Source of the DNA: Octopus sinensis
Lineage: Eukaryota
NCBI RefSeq assembly: GCF_006345805.1
Contig: NC_043005.1
Coordinates: forward strand, 42,098,001 to 42,162,000
Length of the DNA: 64,000 nt
Direction: 5' to 3'
The position numbers were made by a program, and so were the translations under genes. Positions 39,331 through 54,333 of the stretch are shown here, piece after piece. Below the pieces are notes generated by a model, which saw only the letters and a list, made by a program, of their open reading frames with translations, did not search any database and was not told the DNA's origin. The stretch's first letter is position 1, and each line of letters opens with the position of its first letter.

Positions 39331-41479
39331 CCTTATATTTCTACAACTTACAGTTCTGAAAGTCCATGTTTGCTCCTTAATAACGTTGTACTAATGCTTC
39401 TGTTTCTGGTTTATTCGCACTACAGTTCACGTCTCCAGCTCCTCAGCTCTTACACCAAACAACTCTTTCACTCTATCCATACTATACCTGTCTCTAAGGC
39501 TCACATACCAGCTACTTCACCTCCTTCACTCTGTTTCCCAAAAGCTCCCATTGATTGAGATTACTCATTGTACCATCTACCGCCTGTCCCTACTCTTTAT
39601 CCTATTCACTGACTTTGCTTTTCTTTCTAACGGACATGATTACTATGCCGCTGGAATTTTCTCCGAAACGTCAACTTTTTCACTCCTCACAACAACTAAA
39701 CTTAATCAGACCAACAATTTTGTTTTCTTCACGAACCATGCTGTACCAATGTTGATTACTCTTTTCGGTTGATTTCCAGATACGTTGCGCATCAGACAAC
39801 ATTGCCTTATAGTTTGTGTAAGATATAATACTCTAGTATTATTCTCTTTTTGATAATTCATATATGCCGAGTATATTTGAGCTTGAAATCGTTTTCAGCG
39901 AGACAAATCTTCTTATTTCCATATGCCTAGCATACTTTGGTGTTCGTATTAGTGCACTTTTGGAAATCTTCCATCTCTTTTACTTGTTATTATAAAGGTG
40001 GCGATATTTTCTGTGGAAATTTAATTATTGTTTATATTGTTTACATTTAAAAGTCTGTTGTAACTGAAGTTTCATGATTTCTTGCATGGTTGGCGTTTAT
40101 AAAATGTTATTTCTAATATAATTTTACATTGGTTTTATGAGTTCTGATGTTCATTTATAAATCTAATTCATTATAACGGTTCTATTAAATTCTTCTAATT
40201 TCGTTTAGATCGTAGTAATTCAATCCATCCTTTTTATGCATAACACTACATAGGGTTTGTTGAATTTGTTTTGAAACGTATCTAAGATGTACAAACACTA
40301 AGTTTTATACTTAGCATCCAAAATATATGTATTATAAGGAAGGAAGGGAAATCATTGTGGTTTCTATAGATTTCCTCGAACCACTTCATCATTGTTCCCT
40401 TGTTACTTCACGCAAACAATTGAATTACTTAATTTCAGAATTAATATATATGGGATGTGTCTATTTATCCTACGTAGTTTGGGTTTTACCGTTGTTATAA
40501 GTTTAAAAATACAATCTCTAGCTGACTCATTTTAGGTCTCTGGGTTTACATAATGGTTGGGCGTGGTTCAACTTTGAGTTTCACCACTTTTTTTTCTATA
40601 CTTCATGTTGGCGTTACAATTTATGTGGACATTTGTCGTTTTGTGCGTCTTTTTCTTACTCGGGAGAAGTTTGAAAGAAATGCAGATGTCCGTTTCGATT
40701 TTGTCTTAAAGTGACTTTAATAGCAATAAATGCAGCCGGAGATTCTCTGCCACGTCTGAATTTAGCAGGTCTAGGAAGTGATTGTGCTGTAACTAAATCT
40801 TACCTCTTTAATTAGATTTATAAAGTCAGTCTTAAAGTTCTCTCTCCGTTTCTCTCTCAATTTCTCTTTCTCTCTATCTCTCTTTCACACACACACATCC
40901 ATACATAATATTATATATATATATATATAAATGCATACATACAACCATGTGTACATAGATGCGGTATATTAATAAATAAAGAAATATATACTCAATGTGT
41001 GTATGTGTGTGCATCTGTGTGTGGGTGTGTGTGTATATCTGCATACGAGTGTATGTCTTCAAAATTCAATATAAATTACCAATTACAATTGTGGTTTGAA
41101 GTCGACTACTGCTCGTTCATATGTCACAGACAGCGTGTCTGGAGAATTTCATTTAATGAAAAAAAAATTAAATTATTCATTACATTGAAGAAACCAGCCG
41201 TTCCGTTAACAGGTGACCTTTTTTCTCCCCTCCTTTTTATTATTTTTTTTTTCCTTTGTTCATTTATTTCTTTGAGTTCTTTTTAGTAGTAAGTGAAGAT
41301 TAAAGTCAAATTAAGAAGGATTCTTTATGAGATAGTGTGTTCTTGGAATCTATAATTGTTTCTTTTTGATCTTGTCGAAAGTAAAGAGGCAATACCTTGC
41401 TTTTAAGCAGAGATTTTAGTATCTTCCATTCATTAACATTATCATTTTTATCATTTTTGTTTACTGTTTTCGTTGTTGC

Positions 41480-41538
<59 letters not shown>

Positions 41539-41796
41539 TATTATTAACCAATTTTTTTTTCTCTCTCTCTCTCTTGTACAGACTATTATGATACAAAAAC
41601 ACACATGGAAATATCGTTAAAATCAGTTTAATGTTCAGGTTAGGAGTTTAATGCACAAGTATCGATCTCATCGTCGACATTATTTATGTGCAGTTTTCTG
41701 CAGCTTGAAATCACATACACAGAAAGTGATAACCGCACAAGCAGTCCCCGCGTAAGTACCTACATACACTGGGACTGACATAAACACATCGATACA

Positions 41797-41849
<53 letters not shown>

Positions 41850-42075
41850 ATACGCACACACTCACACACAAACAAAAACACACATAAACACACACAAACA
41901 AACAAATAAACAAGCACAGATGTGCATGATCACAAACAAGACATGTGAGTACAGCAGAGGGAATTAGAAGAGCTGATCTATACTTGCTGAAGCATAAGCG
42001 CGTGTGAGCGCAAACAAACTGTCTATATATCTATGTCTCACACCTGCGGATTTTCTTATTGCTACTACCTTTCAG

Positions 42076-42110
<35 letters not shown>

Positions 42111-42386
42111 TTTTGTTCTTTTATTTGTTTCAGTCATTTAACTGCGGCCATGCTGGGGCACCACCTTTAGTTGAAGAAATTGACCCCAGGACTTATTCTT
42201 TGTAAGCCTAGCACTTATTCTATCGGAGTCTTTTGACAAACCGCTAAGGTTCCGGGGATATAAACACACTTACATCGGTTATCAAGTTATGGTAGAGTTG
42301 GGGACAAACACACACACACACACACAAACACACAAACACACACACATACACACGCACACATGAATATATATATATATATAATTATA

Positions 42387-43627
42387 CAGGGTGCGTAAGG
42401 TATTTGAGTCATATATTTTGGGCTCATTGGTGCATTTTTTTTTTTTTTTGCTAACTCTGTATAGTCCTTGTGTCAGAAAATAGTAATGTCGGAACCTCAG
42501 CTTACTCAAGAAATGAAGACGCATGCTGTTATTGTGGTTATAAAGGCTGAGATTTAGAAATATCTCGACTTTTAAACGTTGCCACATCTTTCGTCTACAA
42601 AGTTTGTAAAGCGCTAGAGACTGAAGATGGAAACGTATCACCAGTATCAAGGCATAAAAAGCATTCTAAACTCTCTAAAATCATCAGAACACCTGCATTT
42701 ATCCTGCAAGTTCAACACACCATTGATTACAATCCCAGAAAGTCCATGAGGTCAATTGCAAATAATCTCCATGTGTCAGTAGGAAAAGTCAGAAATGTCC
42801 ACGAAGATATCAGATACAAGTATTATATGATGAAGAAAGATCAATTTGTAAGAAAAAGCAAAGGAAAATCACTACATCAGGTCTAAAAAGCTCTTAAACA
42901 AATTGAGAAATCCAGCAGAAGAAGATCTAATTTGGTTTTTCTTAAACGAGAAAAACCTAGGCCAAGATCAAAAAGTTAACAGAAGAAACGACAGATGGTT
43001 ATTTGCAAATCCATCTGATATACCAAGTGTTATGCATACACAGTTTCCTGCAACTGTCATGGTTTTAGGTGTTGTCAGCAATGAAGAACATGTGATGTCT
43101 TCTTACTTCTTTCCACAACGCCTTAGAGTTAACTCTGCAAACTACACTGAAGTCCTGGAAATAATTGTTAAGCTCTGGATAGACAGATACGGGTTTGAGT
43201 AAGACTCTGCACTATTAAACATGGCCTTAGTAATACAGGAATGAATGAGTGAACATTTTCATGATCTCATAACCCCTAACATTTGGCGTCCTAATTACCC
43301 AGATCTCAATACATTGGACTATTAATATGGAGCGTTGTTGAGAGAGAGGTCAATGAACACGCCCATAACACCAAAGATTCTATGAAAGCTGCCATATTCA
43401 GAGTAATGTCCAAAATGAACCAGGACTACTTGATTCGAGCACGTAGATAATTTAGGTCTCATATAGAAGCAGTTGTTGAAGGTGAAGGTGGATTTATTGA
43501 GTAACATTATAGAAAATATTTATTGTAATCCTCATAGCATTTTTTTATAAATAAAGTTATCATCTGTTATTATATGTGTCTTTTTTTCACAAACATAAAT
43601 CTGTCCTCAAATATCTTACGCACCCTG
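42387..43627 (+). mobile_element. Full-length, pseudogenised Tc1/mariner DD37D (maT) transposon, 1241 bp
   Basis: 22-bp TIRs CAGGGTGCGTAAG(G/A)TATTTGAG; TA on the left. ATG at 42486. WFFLNEKN...DSALLNMALVIQE*MSEHFHDLITPNIWRPNYPDLNTLD has 37 residues between the second and third catalytic D. Stops and frameshifts present. Confidence 0.92.
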
Positions 43628-43800
43628 TCTATATGCATGAGACTATATACATAAAACAAAATATACAAAACTACACATGCACTGACTCCAAATACTGTAC
43701 ATGTACACGCAACAATGTCTAAATTCTAATGAAGGAGTCTTGGATATAGAAACCAGCTCCTTCGGTATTAGCGAGAAATCTTGAAATAAAACTGAATAAT

Positions 43801-44014
43801 CCTTTCTACTACAGGTACAAGTCCTGAAATTTTGGGGGAGGAGACCAACCGATTATATCGACCTCAATATTTCGCTGGTATTTAATTTATCGGCCCCGAA
43901 AGGATGAAAGGTAAAGTCGACCTCGGCGGAATTTGAACTCAGAACGTGCAGACAGACGAAGTGCCACAAAGCATTTCGCCCGGCGTGCTAACGATTCTGC
44001 CAGCTCACCGCCTT
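43801..44014 (-). mobile_element. Type M SINE, full length
   Basis: Head GGCGGTGAGCTGGCAGAATCGTTAGC, B-box-like GAGTTCAAATTCC, and the Meta-like core. Confidence 0.85.
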
Positions 44015-45016
44015 AATTAAAACTGAATAATGATATACACATATACACGCGGACATATATACCCACACGTAAATATATACTTCCACGCACAAATATATGT
44101 TCATTGTACCTATAAGTAAACAAATATATATGTATATGTATATATGTATGCATAGCTGTATGTATATTTCTATGTACATAATTCCTTCCAATAGGTTGAT
44201 ATTCACCTACGCTGCAGCCTACAACAACATACATTTCAAAAGGAGCTGCAAAAGATCTCGTATATAGAACCCACACCTGGACCATAAATACCTACATATG
44301 ACAATAATAAATCGACCATTACATTGTTCAACTTTCCATCATCTTATCCCAAAAAGAAATTCCCCTATTTAATTTAGAAAATATTCTCAATACAACACAT
44401 GTACTACAAAATTTGAGAAAAACAGTCAAAATCTCGTACTCCACCATCTGTAATTTCGCTTTTTTCCGTCCCTCATTTAACTACTACAAACTAGACAAAA
44501 TATATTAACTCCCACAAATCTTGGAAATTCACCCACATAAATGATTGTCTGATAAATAGTAGCTGTTCTTATTATCTACATATATATTTTTAAGGTTGCA
44601 GACCTGCGGGACGCGTTTCTTGTATACCGGTGGCAGAAATCCTTCTACGTCCGATTTTTATGATATTTTATATATTTAGATTATTCTTCTAGTTTTGTTT
44701 TACTCTATGTGTATAGTAGTATATGTCGCATTTATTTATATCATATACGAGTTTTCTTACCTTCTATTCAGTGCAAGTGTACTCTCATAGCACTGCATGC
44801 CCCTGTTTTATCATCGCCTTTTGTTTTTCGTATTATTCTGCTGTATTTTATCTGTATAATGCATGTATGTTGGCATTGTTTCCGCTCGCTCTCAGCTTTA
44901 TTAATGAATGTGTGTACCGGCTTCTTTTTGTGTGTATTTTTGTAATGATCGGGATGCTTATTCCCATTAAATACTTGACTATATATGTGCCGCATGGAAT
45001 ATCATCAGCATCATGA

Positions 45017-45320
45017 AGGCGTGTGGCTGGGTAGTTAGGTTATTCGACTCATGATCGTAAGGTAGTGAGTTCGATTCCTGGCAGTGCGTTGTGTCCTTGA
45101 GCAAGACGCTTTATTTCACATTGTTCTAGTTCATTCAGCTGGCAAAAATGAGTAGTACCTGTAATCTAATGGACCAGCCTTTCTACATATTGTGTCACAC
45201 TAAATCTCCCTGAGAACTACGTTAAGGGTACACATGTCTGAGGAGTGCTCAGCCACTTGTATCTTAATTTCACGAGCAGGCTGTTCTGTTCAACGGATCA
45301 ACTGGAACACACGTCATCAT
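45017..45320 (+). mobile_element. Type C2 SINE
   Basis: GAGTTCGATTCC B box, GTGTCCTTGAGCAAGAC core, tail shared with 34828-35150. Confidence 0.85.
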
Positions 45321-46004
45321 AAACACGGAGTTTTTTTTTATTTTATCACCGGCATCCTTGTTAAAATGAATAGTATTGCAGTTATAACCATGTCTGTGAG
45401 CAACACAATCATGACAACGAGCTATCTCCATACCTTTAATCATCACCACCAACAACAGCACCTTCGTTGACGCCTCCACATGGCCAACATCATCTGATAA
45501 GATGTAATATACACCTGTATATTACTTCTCATGAAATACTTATTGCATGTCTTAGCAATATATAAGTTTAGTGAAAGCAGGCTACACACTGATTGGTTCC
45601 TTGAGTTACTGATCGGCATATGTCCGTTAGATAGGAGAATCACATGGACTTCATGACAGACTGATAAGTTGATAAATCATTAGAGATATAGTTAGGTTGA
45701 TTAGCTGATACTTTTATCAGTAGATAAAGATTCCGATAGATCGATAAACAACTGTGTAGTTTGATTGATGATTTACAGATACCCAGTGCACATCTAGCGG
45801 CAAGTAAGTACGATTATCCTATATGTCCTGCTTACTCGCATAAATATCAATGTGTCTGCATGTTTCTCTGATTGTTTACAAGCTTATTTGAATTCATGTA
45901 GCGTATGCGTGTATATATGTGTGTCCACATGCTTCTTCATTTGCATATATTTGCGTATACGTACTTTGTGTACGTTTTTTTTTATATGTGCGTGTTTTGT
46001 ATGT

Positions 46005-46346
46005 ATGCGTAGGCATAGCAGTGTGCTGACAACATGACTTACCAACCACATGATTCCGGTTTCAGTCTCACTGCGTGGTACCTTGGGCAGATGTTTTCTA
46101 CTGTAGTCTCGGGCTGACCAAAGCCTTATGATTAGAATTAGTCGACGGAAACTAAAAGAAACCCATCGTATGTGTGTGTGCGTTTTCTTATGTGCGTATG
46201 TATGTGAGTGTTTGTGCCTGTGTTCGTCCGCCATCATCACTTAATGACCGGTGTTGGTGTGCTTACGTTCCCGTAAATTGGAGTTTCAGCAAAAGAGACT
46301 GATTGAATAAGTACCAGGCTGAAAATCAAACAAGTACTAGGGTTAA

Positions 46347-46417
<71 letters not shown>

Positions 46418-46461
46418 CATCATTATCATCATTATCATCATCATCATCATCATGATTATTA

Positions 46462-46516
<55 letters not shown>

Positions 46517-46900
46517 GAGTTCAAATTCCGCTGATGTCGACTTTGCCTGTCAACCTTTCGGATTCGATAAATTAAGTACTAGTTGAATCCTGGGGATCAA
46601 TGTAATTGACTTCATCCCACCCTCAATATTTCAGGCCTTGCGCCTTTGATAGAAAGGATTATTATTATTGTTATTATTAGGTGTCTTTCGTAATTATCAT
46701 TAGGCGGCGAACTGGCAGAATCGTTAGCACGCTGGGTGAAATGTTTAGTGGAATTTCGTCTGCCACTACGTTCTGAGTTCAAATTCTGCCGAGGTCGACT
46801 TTGGCTTTCATCCTTTCGGAGTCGATAAATTAAGTACCAGCTGGGTACTGGGGTAGATGTGAACGACTCTCACCCTCCCCAGAAAATACTGGTCTTGGAT
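46005..46900 (+). mobile_element. SINE cluster: type C1 (46005-46345), compound microsatellite (46347-46516), two type M copies (46516-46660, 46703-46900)
   Basis: Homology to other copies in the window. Confidence 0.8.
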
Positions 46901-47209
46901 TATTATTATTGTAGCCACATCTCTATCATCCTGCCCGCTACTTTTTTTTAAACCTTTATATGCTGTGCATTTGTACCTTCCTTTCAGTGTATACTGTGTA
47001 TACTTAATTTCTTCAATTTTTAAAAAAATCTTTTCATTATATATAACCCCCCCCCCCACACACACACACACTTTATATCTGTCTTTGTATTGTCCTCCTC
47101 ATCCTTAGTCCTTGTAGCAAAGAAATGATATCATCAACATCATCATTACTTTTGTTGTTGTTGCTATTATAATTATTGTTGTTGTTGTTGTTGTTATTGC
47201 ATTACTGCA

Positions 47210-47384
47210 GATGAGCAGAGCTGCATATGTCGTCGGCGACCAAGGGAATGCAAATCTGTGGTATTGCTCAGAATATTTGCTGTAGCCCATCTTTTATACC
47301 AAGACAAAACAATGTACATGATAAAACTTCCAATCAGTTAAGATGAGAAGCCATGATGGCCACTGCCTGGTACAGCATCAGGGC
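47210..47384 (-). mobile_element. Partial copy of the Dong family B 5'-UTR element
   Basis: Keeps the terminal GCCCTGATGCTGTACCAGGCAGTGG next to a (TAA)n/(TGA)n array. Confidence 0.85.
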
Positions 47385-47411
47385 TATTATCATTATTATT
47401 GTTGTTGTTGC

Positions 47412-47459
<48 letters not shown>

Positions 47460-47479
47460 AATCATCATCATCATCATCA

Positions 47480-47511
<32 letters not shown>

Positions 47512-47527
47512 GTCGTCGTCGTCGTGG

Positions 47528-47623
<96 letters not shown>

Positions 47624-47834
47624 TAAATGTTATTTAGTATGAATGTGACACTGTTGATATAGATTTGCAAATGCAGGTGCAAATATCCTTGGATGATAAT
47701 ATATCTCCCCATGTGTTATATAGATGCAATTATGATTAAAAGGATTCATTTATTCTATATGCCAAAATGTTATAGGGTCAAGAATAACTTGAATAAACAG
47801 TTTCTAGAAAGGCTCGTTGTTGTTGTTGTTGTTG

Positions 47835-47895
<61 letters not shown>

Positions 47896-47912
47896 CATTA
47901 TTATTATTATTA

Positions 47913-48403
47913 TTGAGTGAGAGAGCAGTGCATGCCATAAAAGTGACACTGGGGTAAAATATACGAAGCCCAGTATACCCATCATGATTACCAGTCTGAT
48001 AAGGTTACACTAGGCACATGCATCACATCCATATGTGCGAGACATGATGACCTCACATCAAGATAAACAGCACATGACCTTGCAGGTGGGGCCCACTTAG
48101 AATCTTCTTGTTGTCGAGTTACCCATCCCGCGCAAAAGGTCCCTCAATAAGGGTTGTTTCAGGATGTTGAACGAAACACCCATGTTTCCAGGGGTGAATT
48201 ATTCAAACCCCAAAGAATCCCTCTCAACACATGTTTCTGATGCCTCCCCCACTACTTCTGCTCGTGATCAGAGATGCACATATCATCAGTCACCAAGGGA
48301 CATGCTCAACTGGTTATGGTCAAGCAACTGACAAGGAAATGTGTGGTATTGAGCAGAATATTTGCTGTAGCCCATCTTTTATGCCAAGACAAACAATGTA
48401 CAC
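47913..48403 (-). mobile_element. Short Dong-derived element flanked by (TAA)n
   Basis: Matches the 12890-13310 UTR up to ATGTCTCGCACA, then switches to the 3' module shared with 13481-13605. Confidence 0.85.
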
Positions 48404-48482
<79 letters not shown>

Positions 48483-48760
48483 GTTATTATTATTATTATT
48501 ATCATTATTAAGCAGAACTGTTACAAAATGGTAACGTTAAACGTTATTCAGTAAAATATCATTGCATTAATAAAGTATACATTAATGGAAACGTAGTTTG
48601 ATTATCGAGCTTTTCTGGGCTATAAAATATATATATTGCTCAGAGAAATTTGATAGAAAGCTAACCTGCAGCAAAATAAAATTGTTGGGCGGCGTAACGT
48701 CTCAGGTTGTGGTGTGAAGGCAGGTTCATGTTCAAGGCGGAGAACTAAAAGACATTGCAA

Positions 48761-48791
<31 letters not shown>

Positions 48792-49283
48792 GAAGTCTAT
48801 GAAGACCCTGTAAGCATTGAATTCTAGCATAAATTACAAACGTAGTAAAACGGATAAGGCGAACAATATAACGGAAATGAATAAAAGATGGGGGATAATG
48901 AGGAAAAAAAACACGAAGTTGATATATTATGGAAAGCTTTTGTGCTTAGTAGGGGGACGTTATATTTGTTGGCACTCTTTCGTTTTTGTTCGTTTTACAT
49001 TTTCTACTATTTTCTATATCTCCATAATAATAATAATAATAATAATAATGATCTGTTGTCATTATCACCATCACCTCTCACTACCACCACCACCACTTAC
49101 CACCACCATTACCACCCTTCTCCTCATTATTATTTTCGTTGTTGTTCCTACTGCTTGCTGTTATTGTTGTTACTGTTATCATCATCATCATCATCATTAT
49201 TGTCAGCAGTAGCACCATCACCAGCACCAGAAGCAGCAACATCAGCAGCAGCAGCAGCAACAGTAGTAGTAGCATTATTATTA

Positions 49284-49315
<32 letters not shown>

Positions 49316-50535
49316 TAGTAGTAGTAGTAGTAGTAGTAGCAGCAGCAGCAGTAGTGTCATTATCATTGTCAGGAATGCAAGTCATTTAATATAGCGTGTG
49401 TGTGTAGCTTTAAATCTCAACGTATGTTACCAACAATAAACATTTGAAAAGAAATATTCTTATTATTTCTCTTTGTTTCATGTTTTTTTTGTTTGTTTTT
49501 TTTTTCCTTTTTTGATTTTCTTCCGAGATATTCTTAAACGTTCTCATGATTTTAACTCTGCGCACAGCTTGAATACTTATAAATAAAGCTTGCTCATAAA
49601 GAGTCACCGAAAGCTATTTTTGGGGATATGCGTGAAATCTAGGTGACATCGATCATAAAGACATCATTATCATCATCATCACCATCATCCTCATCATCCT
49701 CATCATCACCATTTATTTGAAGGTCTCTGTAAAAAAAAAAACTTACGCAATCTGTTTCCCTTCTTGTCACTAATTCACGCTTCTAAACACATACGCACAC
49801 TCACAAAAACATATGTATATATACATACATTTATATACATATATATATACACTCATACACACGCACACACATACACACATATACACACATACATATGCAT
49901 ATTTTTACTGCTGGCAAGGCCACGATATTTCGTTTTGCAACAGTTATATATTACCATTTGCTTACGAAATTTACCGAACTAGCTCTCAATTCTACAGACA
50001 GTCTGCAGTGATTAACTTAAAAGTGAAAACATCGCACTGCTAACACTAGGTATGATAAAGTATTGAGTTTTAAACGTTTAAGATACTTCGTATAATATTA
50101 TGGCTGCAAAACGAAATACTGCAGACTTGCCCGCAATTGAATATACGTTGCCAAGAGTGTGTTTAATATGCAAATTTTTCTGTCCAATTGTATTATACTG
50201 CAACCTCCAGTGGCTAGTAATGTTTAGAGTGCTGATGAAACAGCAATAATCCATGAAATATGCATATACACCCATTACCTGCTTATTCTCTCTTCGATCG
50301 CATTGTTTACGTGGAGGTATTTGTTTACGAAACGTCGTAACAGTGCTGGTTCTCTGAACTATACAGAATATCTATAGCGATAGATTTAAAAGTTGTAAGC
50401 ATGTAAAGTTGTCTGTTGTCATTTATTATGCCAATCCGTTGCCGTACCCGGTAGTTCAGTCAAATTATTCGTAGACGGCAGCCACACTTGTGTTGAAGTC
50501 GCTAAGCACCAATAGATATTCCTGATTTGTAGTTT

Positions 50536-50876
50536 CCGGCGCATGGCTCAGTGTGTAGAGCGTCGGGCTCATAATCATGAGGTAGGGTAGAGAGTTCGAT
50601 CCCCTGACCGGGTTGTGCGTTGTCTTCTTGAGCAAGACACTTCATTTCCCGTTGCTCCAGTTCACTCGGCTTTAGCAATGTGTTGCGACGTCACTGGTGC
50701 CAAGCTGTATCAGCCTTTACCTTTCCCTTGGATACCATCAGTGGCGAGAAGAGGGCAGGCTGGTATGCATGGGTGACTGCTGATCTTCCATAAACAACCT
50801 TGCCCCCGATTTGTTCCTCGGAAGGTAACTTCCCAGATGCAATCCCATGGTCATTCATGACCGAAGGGGGTCTTAA
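50536..50876 (+). mobile_element. CORE-type SINE with C2-like head/core and a different 3' tail
   Basis: GGCGCATGGCTCAGTG head, GAGTTCGATCCC, GTCTTCTTGAGCAAGACACTT core; tail differs from 34828 and 45017. Confidence 0.8.
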
Positions 50877-51295
50877 CATTTGACTCTCGTCTCCTGGATT
50901 ACCCGTGAGTGTTGGCATTTGGTCGTAAAATCCTGGCTTTTGTAAATAGAGGAGGCATAGAAAATGACAAGGTTGATTCGCGTATCGGATGTATGGAGTC
51001 GAAGATAGAAAATCCACTCGAACCCTCTCTCGCTGGACTCTGCCATCGTTAGCAATGTATTTCTTCCAGTAAATCCATCACTATACACTTTGATGTCAGC
51101 GTATCCCGTTTCTGCAAAATGTGTTTCTTATAGTGCTGTTATGTCTACTTGAAACTTTCAAGTTTTAACTAGTCAAGGCTTTTGTCGGACCGAAGCTATA
51201 GAAGAAGACACTTGCCCAAGATGCCACGCAGTGGGACTGACCCCAAAACCATGTGGTTTGGAAGCAATTTCCTTACCACACAGTTACTCCTGCGT

Positions 51296-51340
<45 letters not shown>

Positions 51341-52108
51341 TATATTTTAAATTTCATCTCCGAACGTTTGATTCAGCTGAATAATAAATGCCACAGCATC
51401 GATTGACTTCAAACTCAAAATTATTTCCGGAAAATTCAAAACAAAAGTCGATTTGTATCATAAAGTTTAACAATTGAAATACAACACACACAAAAAGAAA
51501 GAAAAAGAAAGAAAACTAACATAAAAATCAAAATAGTACCACTGCTGTAGTCATGAACGATGGACTAAATGCATATTCGAATATTTTATTCCTTCACATA
51601 TATTTACATATACAGACAGACATAAACATATAGACATTCGCATATCTTTTATCTTTTACCTATTTCTGCCATTAGACAGCGGGCATGCTGGTGCACCGTC
51701 TAGAAGAATTTTAAGTTGAATGAAAATATTATACGTTCTGCTTTGTCCAAGAGAAACTATTCTCGTAGAGACAATGTGTTGATGTCCACTTATAAAAGGG
51801 TTTTTATGGTGTCATTTGCAAGATTTCCTTTTGGCTTTGCTTTGAGAATTTCTAAAGATTTAGAGGCCTTTCAGACTCTGCTGCTCACCTCCCTCTATGC
51901 AGACTTGTATTAAACAAGCTCAATTCAAGATTTGGGGTTATCTTTCAAGGTTGTTTTTCGGTGCATCTTTCACTCCTTTGCTTGGTAAGCCAACACGGGC
52001 ATTGTGAAAATAATTCCAGCCCCAGGCAGATTGAATTCCTTGGACTTAGGAAGCAAAGTGAAGGTAATGATACATCAAAGAACATCTGCATCAAAAGATT
52101 TTATCTTA

Positions 52109-52751
<643 letters not shown>

Positions 52752-52752
52752 C

Positions 52753-52809
<57 letters not shown>

Positions 52810-52912
52810 TTTATATACGAGGGGTATATGAAAAGACTTGAGCCCCCAAAAACAAGACATGGTACAAGACTTCAAGGCTCAAAACTTTTTATACACCCTT
52901 CATATGTGTATG

Positions 52913-53020
<108 letters not shown>

Positions 53021-53383
53021 TGTGTAATTGTATGTATGTATGTATGTATGTATGTATATGTATATAGTCATTATAGGCACATTACTGATAAGTATATCCA
53101 ATTGATTTATTGATCAATTGAGGCAAATTGAAGGACCAAAGAAGACTAATGCTACATACGTAACAAGCAGAGCACTTGAGGAATGGCTTTTGTGTGGGGA
53201 AGGTGTGGCAAGATGGAGATATTCAAGCAAAATAGAGAACAGGGGAAGACAGGTTACTTACAAAGGAGTGGAAGCATGTAAAGGACGTGGTCCATAAGCC
53301 ACTTAGTAGAATTAGAAACCAAATTTGGAAAAGGACATTCTCGAATATAAGTCAGCGCCCATTACCATACTAGCATTGTATAT

Positions 53384-53686
53384 CACGTGATCACGTGACC
53401 GACCAGGCTATCAGATGTTGTTACACATTGCTGGTCACAATGCGTTCGCATTGTTTTAGGCTTCGAATGACGCCAACCCGCTGGCTAAGCGAGCAGGCCA
53501 ACAGAAGAAAGAGTGGGAGAAAGAGTGGTGAAAGAGTACAGCAGGGATCACCACCCCCTGCCGGAGCCTCGTGGAGCTTTCAGACGTTTTCGCTCAATAA
53601 ACACTCACAACGCCCGGTCTGGGAATCGAAACCGCGATCCTGCGACCGCGAGTCCGCTGCCCTAACCACTAGGCCATTGCGCCTCC
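53384..53686 (-). mobile_element. Type T SINE with 12-bp TSD
   Basis: Head GGAGGCGCAATGGCCTAGTGGTTAGGGCAGCGG and GGTTTCGATTCC. TSD AGCATTGTATAT at 53372-53383 and 53687-53698. Confidence 0.92.
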
Positions 53687-53931
53687 AGCATTGTATATAT
53701 GTTAGATATACTCCAGCTATTGAGTTGAAATTTGATATAGGCCTTTCATGGGCATGGGTCATTCTAAGAAGTAACGTTCAGTTTTTAATCGAGGCATAGT
53801 GTGGGAATAATGTTTGAGGGTGAAAGGACTCGCTCTCAATCCTTAAGACCTCACCTTGTTATATCTAGAAATGGCTCTGATGAATGTAGCATTAATCTTC
53901 ATATGTCGTTCAATTTGCCTCCATTAATCAA

Positions 53932-54333
53932 TAGGCGCAGGAGTGGCTGTGTGGTAAGTAGCTTGCTAACCAACCACATGGTTCCGGGTTCAGTCCCACT
54001 GCGTGGCATCTTGGGCAAGTGTCTTCTGCTATAGCCCCGGGCCGACCAATGCCTTGTGAGTAGATTTGGTAGACGGAAACTGAAAGAAGCCTGTCGTATA
54101 TATGTATATATATAAGTGTTTGTGTGTCTGTGTTTGTCCCCCTAGCATTGCTTGACAACCGATGCTGGCGTGTTTACGTCCCCGTCACTTAGCGGTTAGG
54201 CAAAAGAGACCGATAGAATAAGTACTGGGCTTACAAAAGAATAAGTCCCGGGGTCGATTTGCTCGACTAAAGGCGGTGCTCCAGCATGGCCGCAGTCAAA
54301 TGACTGAAACAAGTAAAAGAGTAAAGAGTAAAG
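53932..54333 (+). mobile_element. Well-preserved full-length CORE-type SINE (type C1)
   Basis: A box GTGGCTGTGTGGTAAG, B box GGGTTCAGTCCC, CORE-like GTGGCATCTTGGGCAAGTGTCTT, tail (GAGTAAA)n. Further fragments near 1908, 8145, 29440, 42100 and 51170. Confidence 0.9.

Noticed and set aside
39370-39760. C-rich plus-strand stretch resembling a CR1 APE fragment
   Set aside because: Motif similarity is too weak to call.
50960-51040. GFEWIFY resembling Hedgehog GFDWVYY
   Set aside because: Similarity is limited to 7 residues; the flanks do not match Hh-N.
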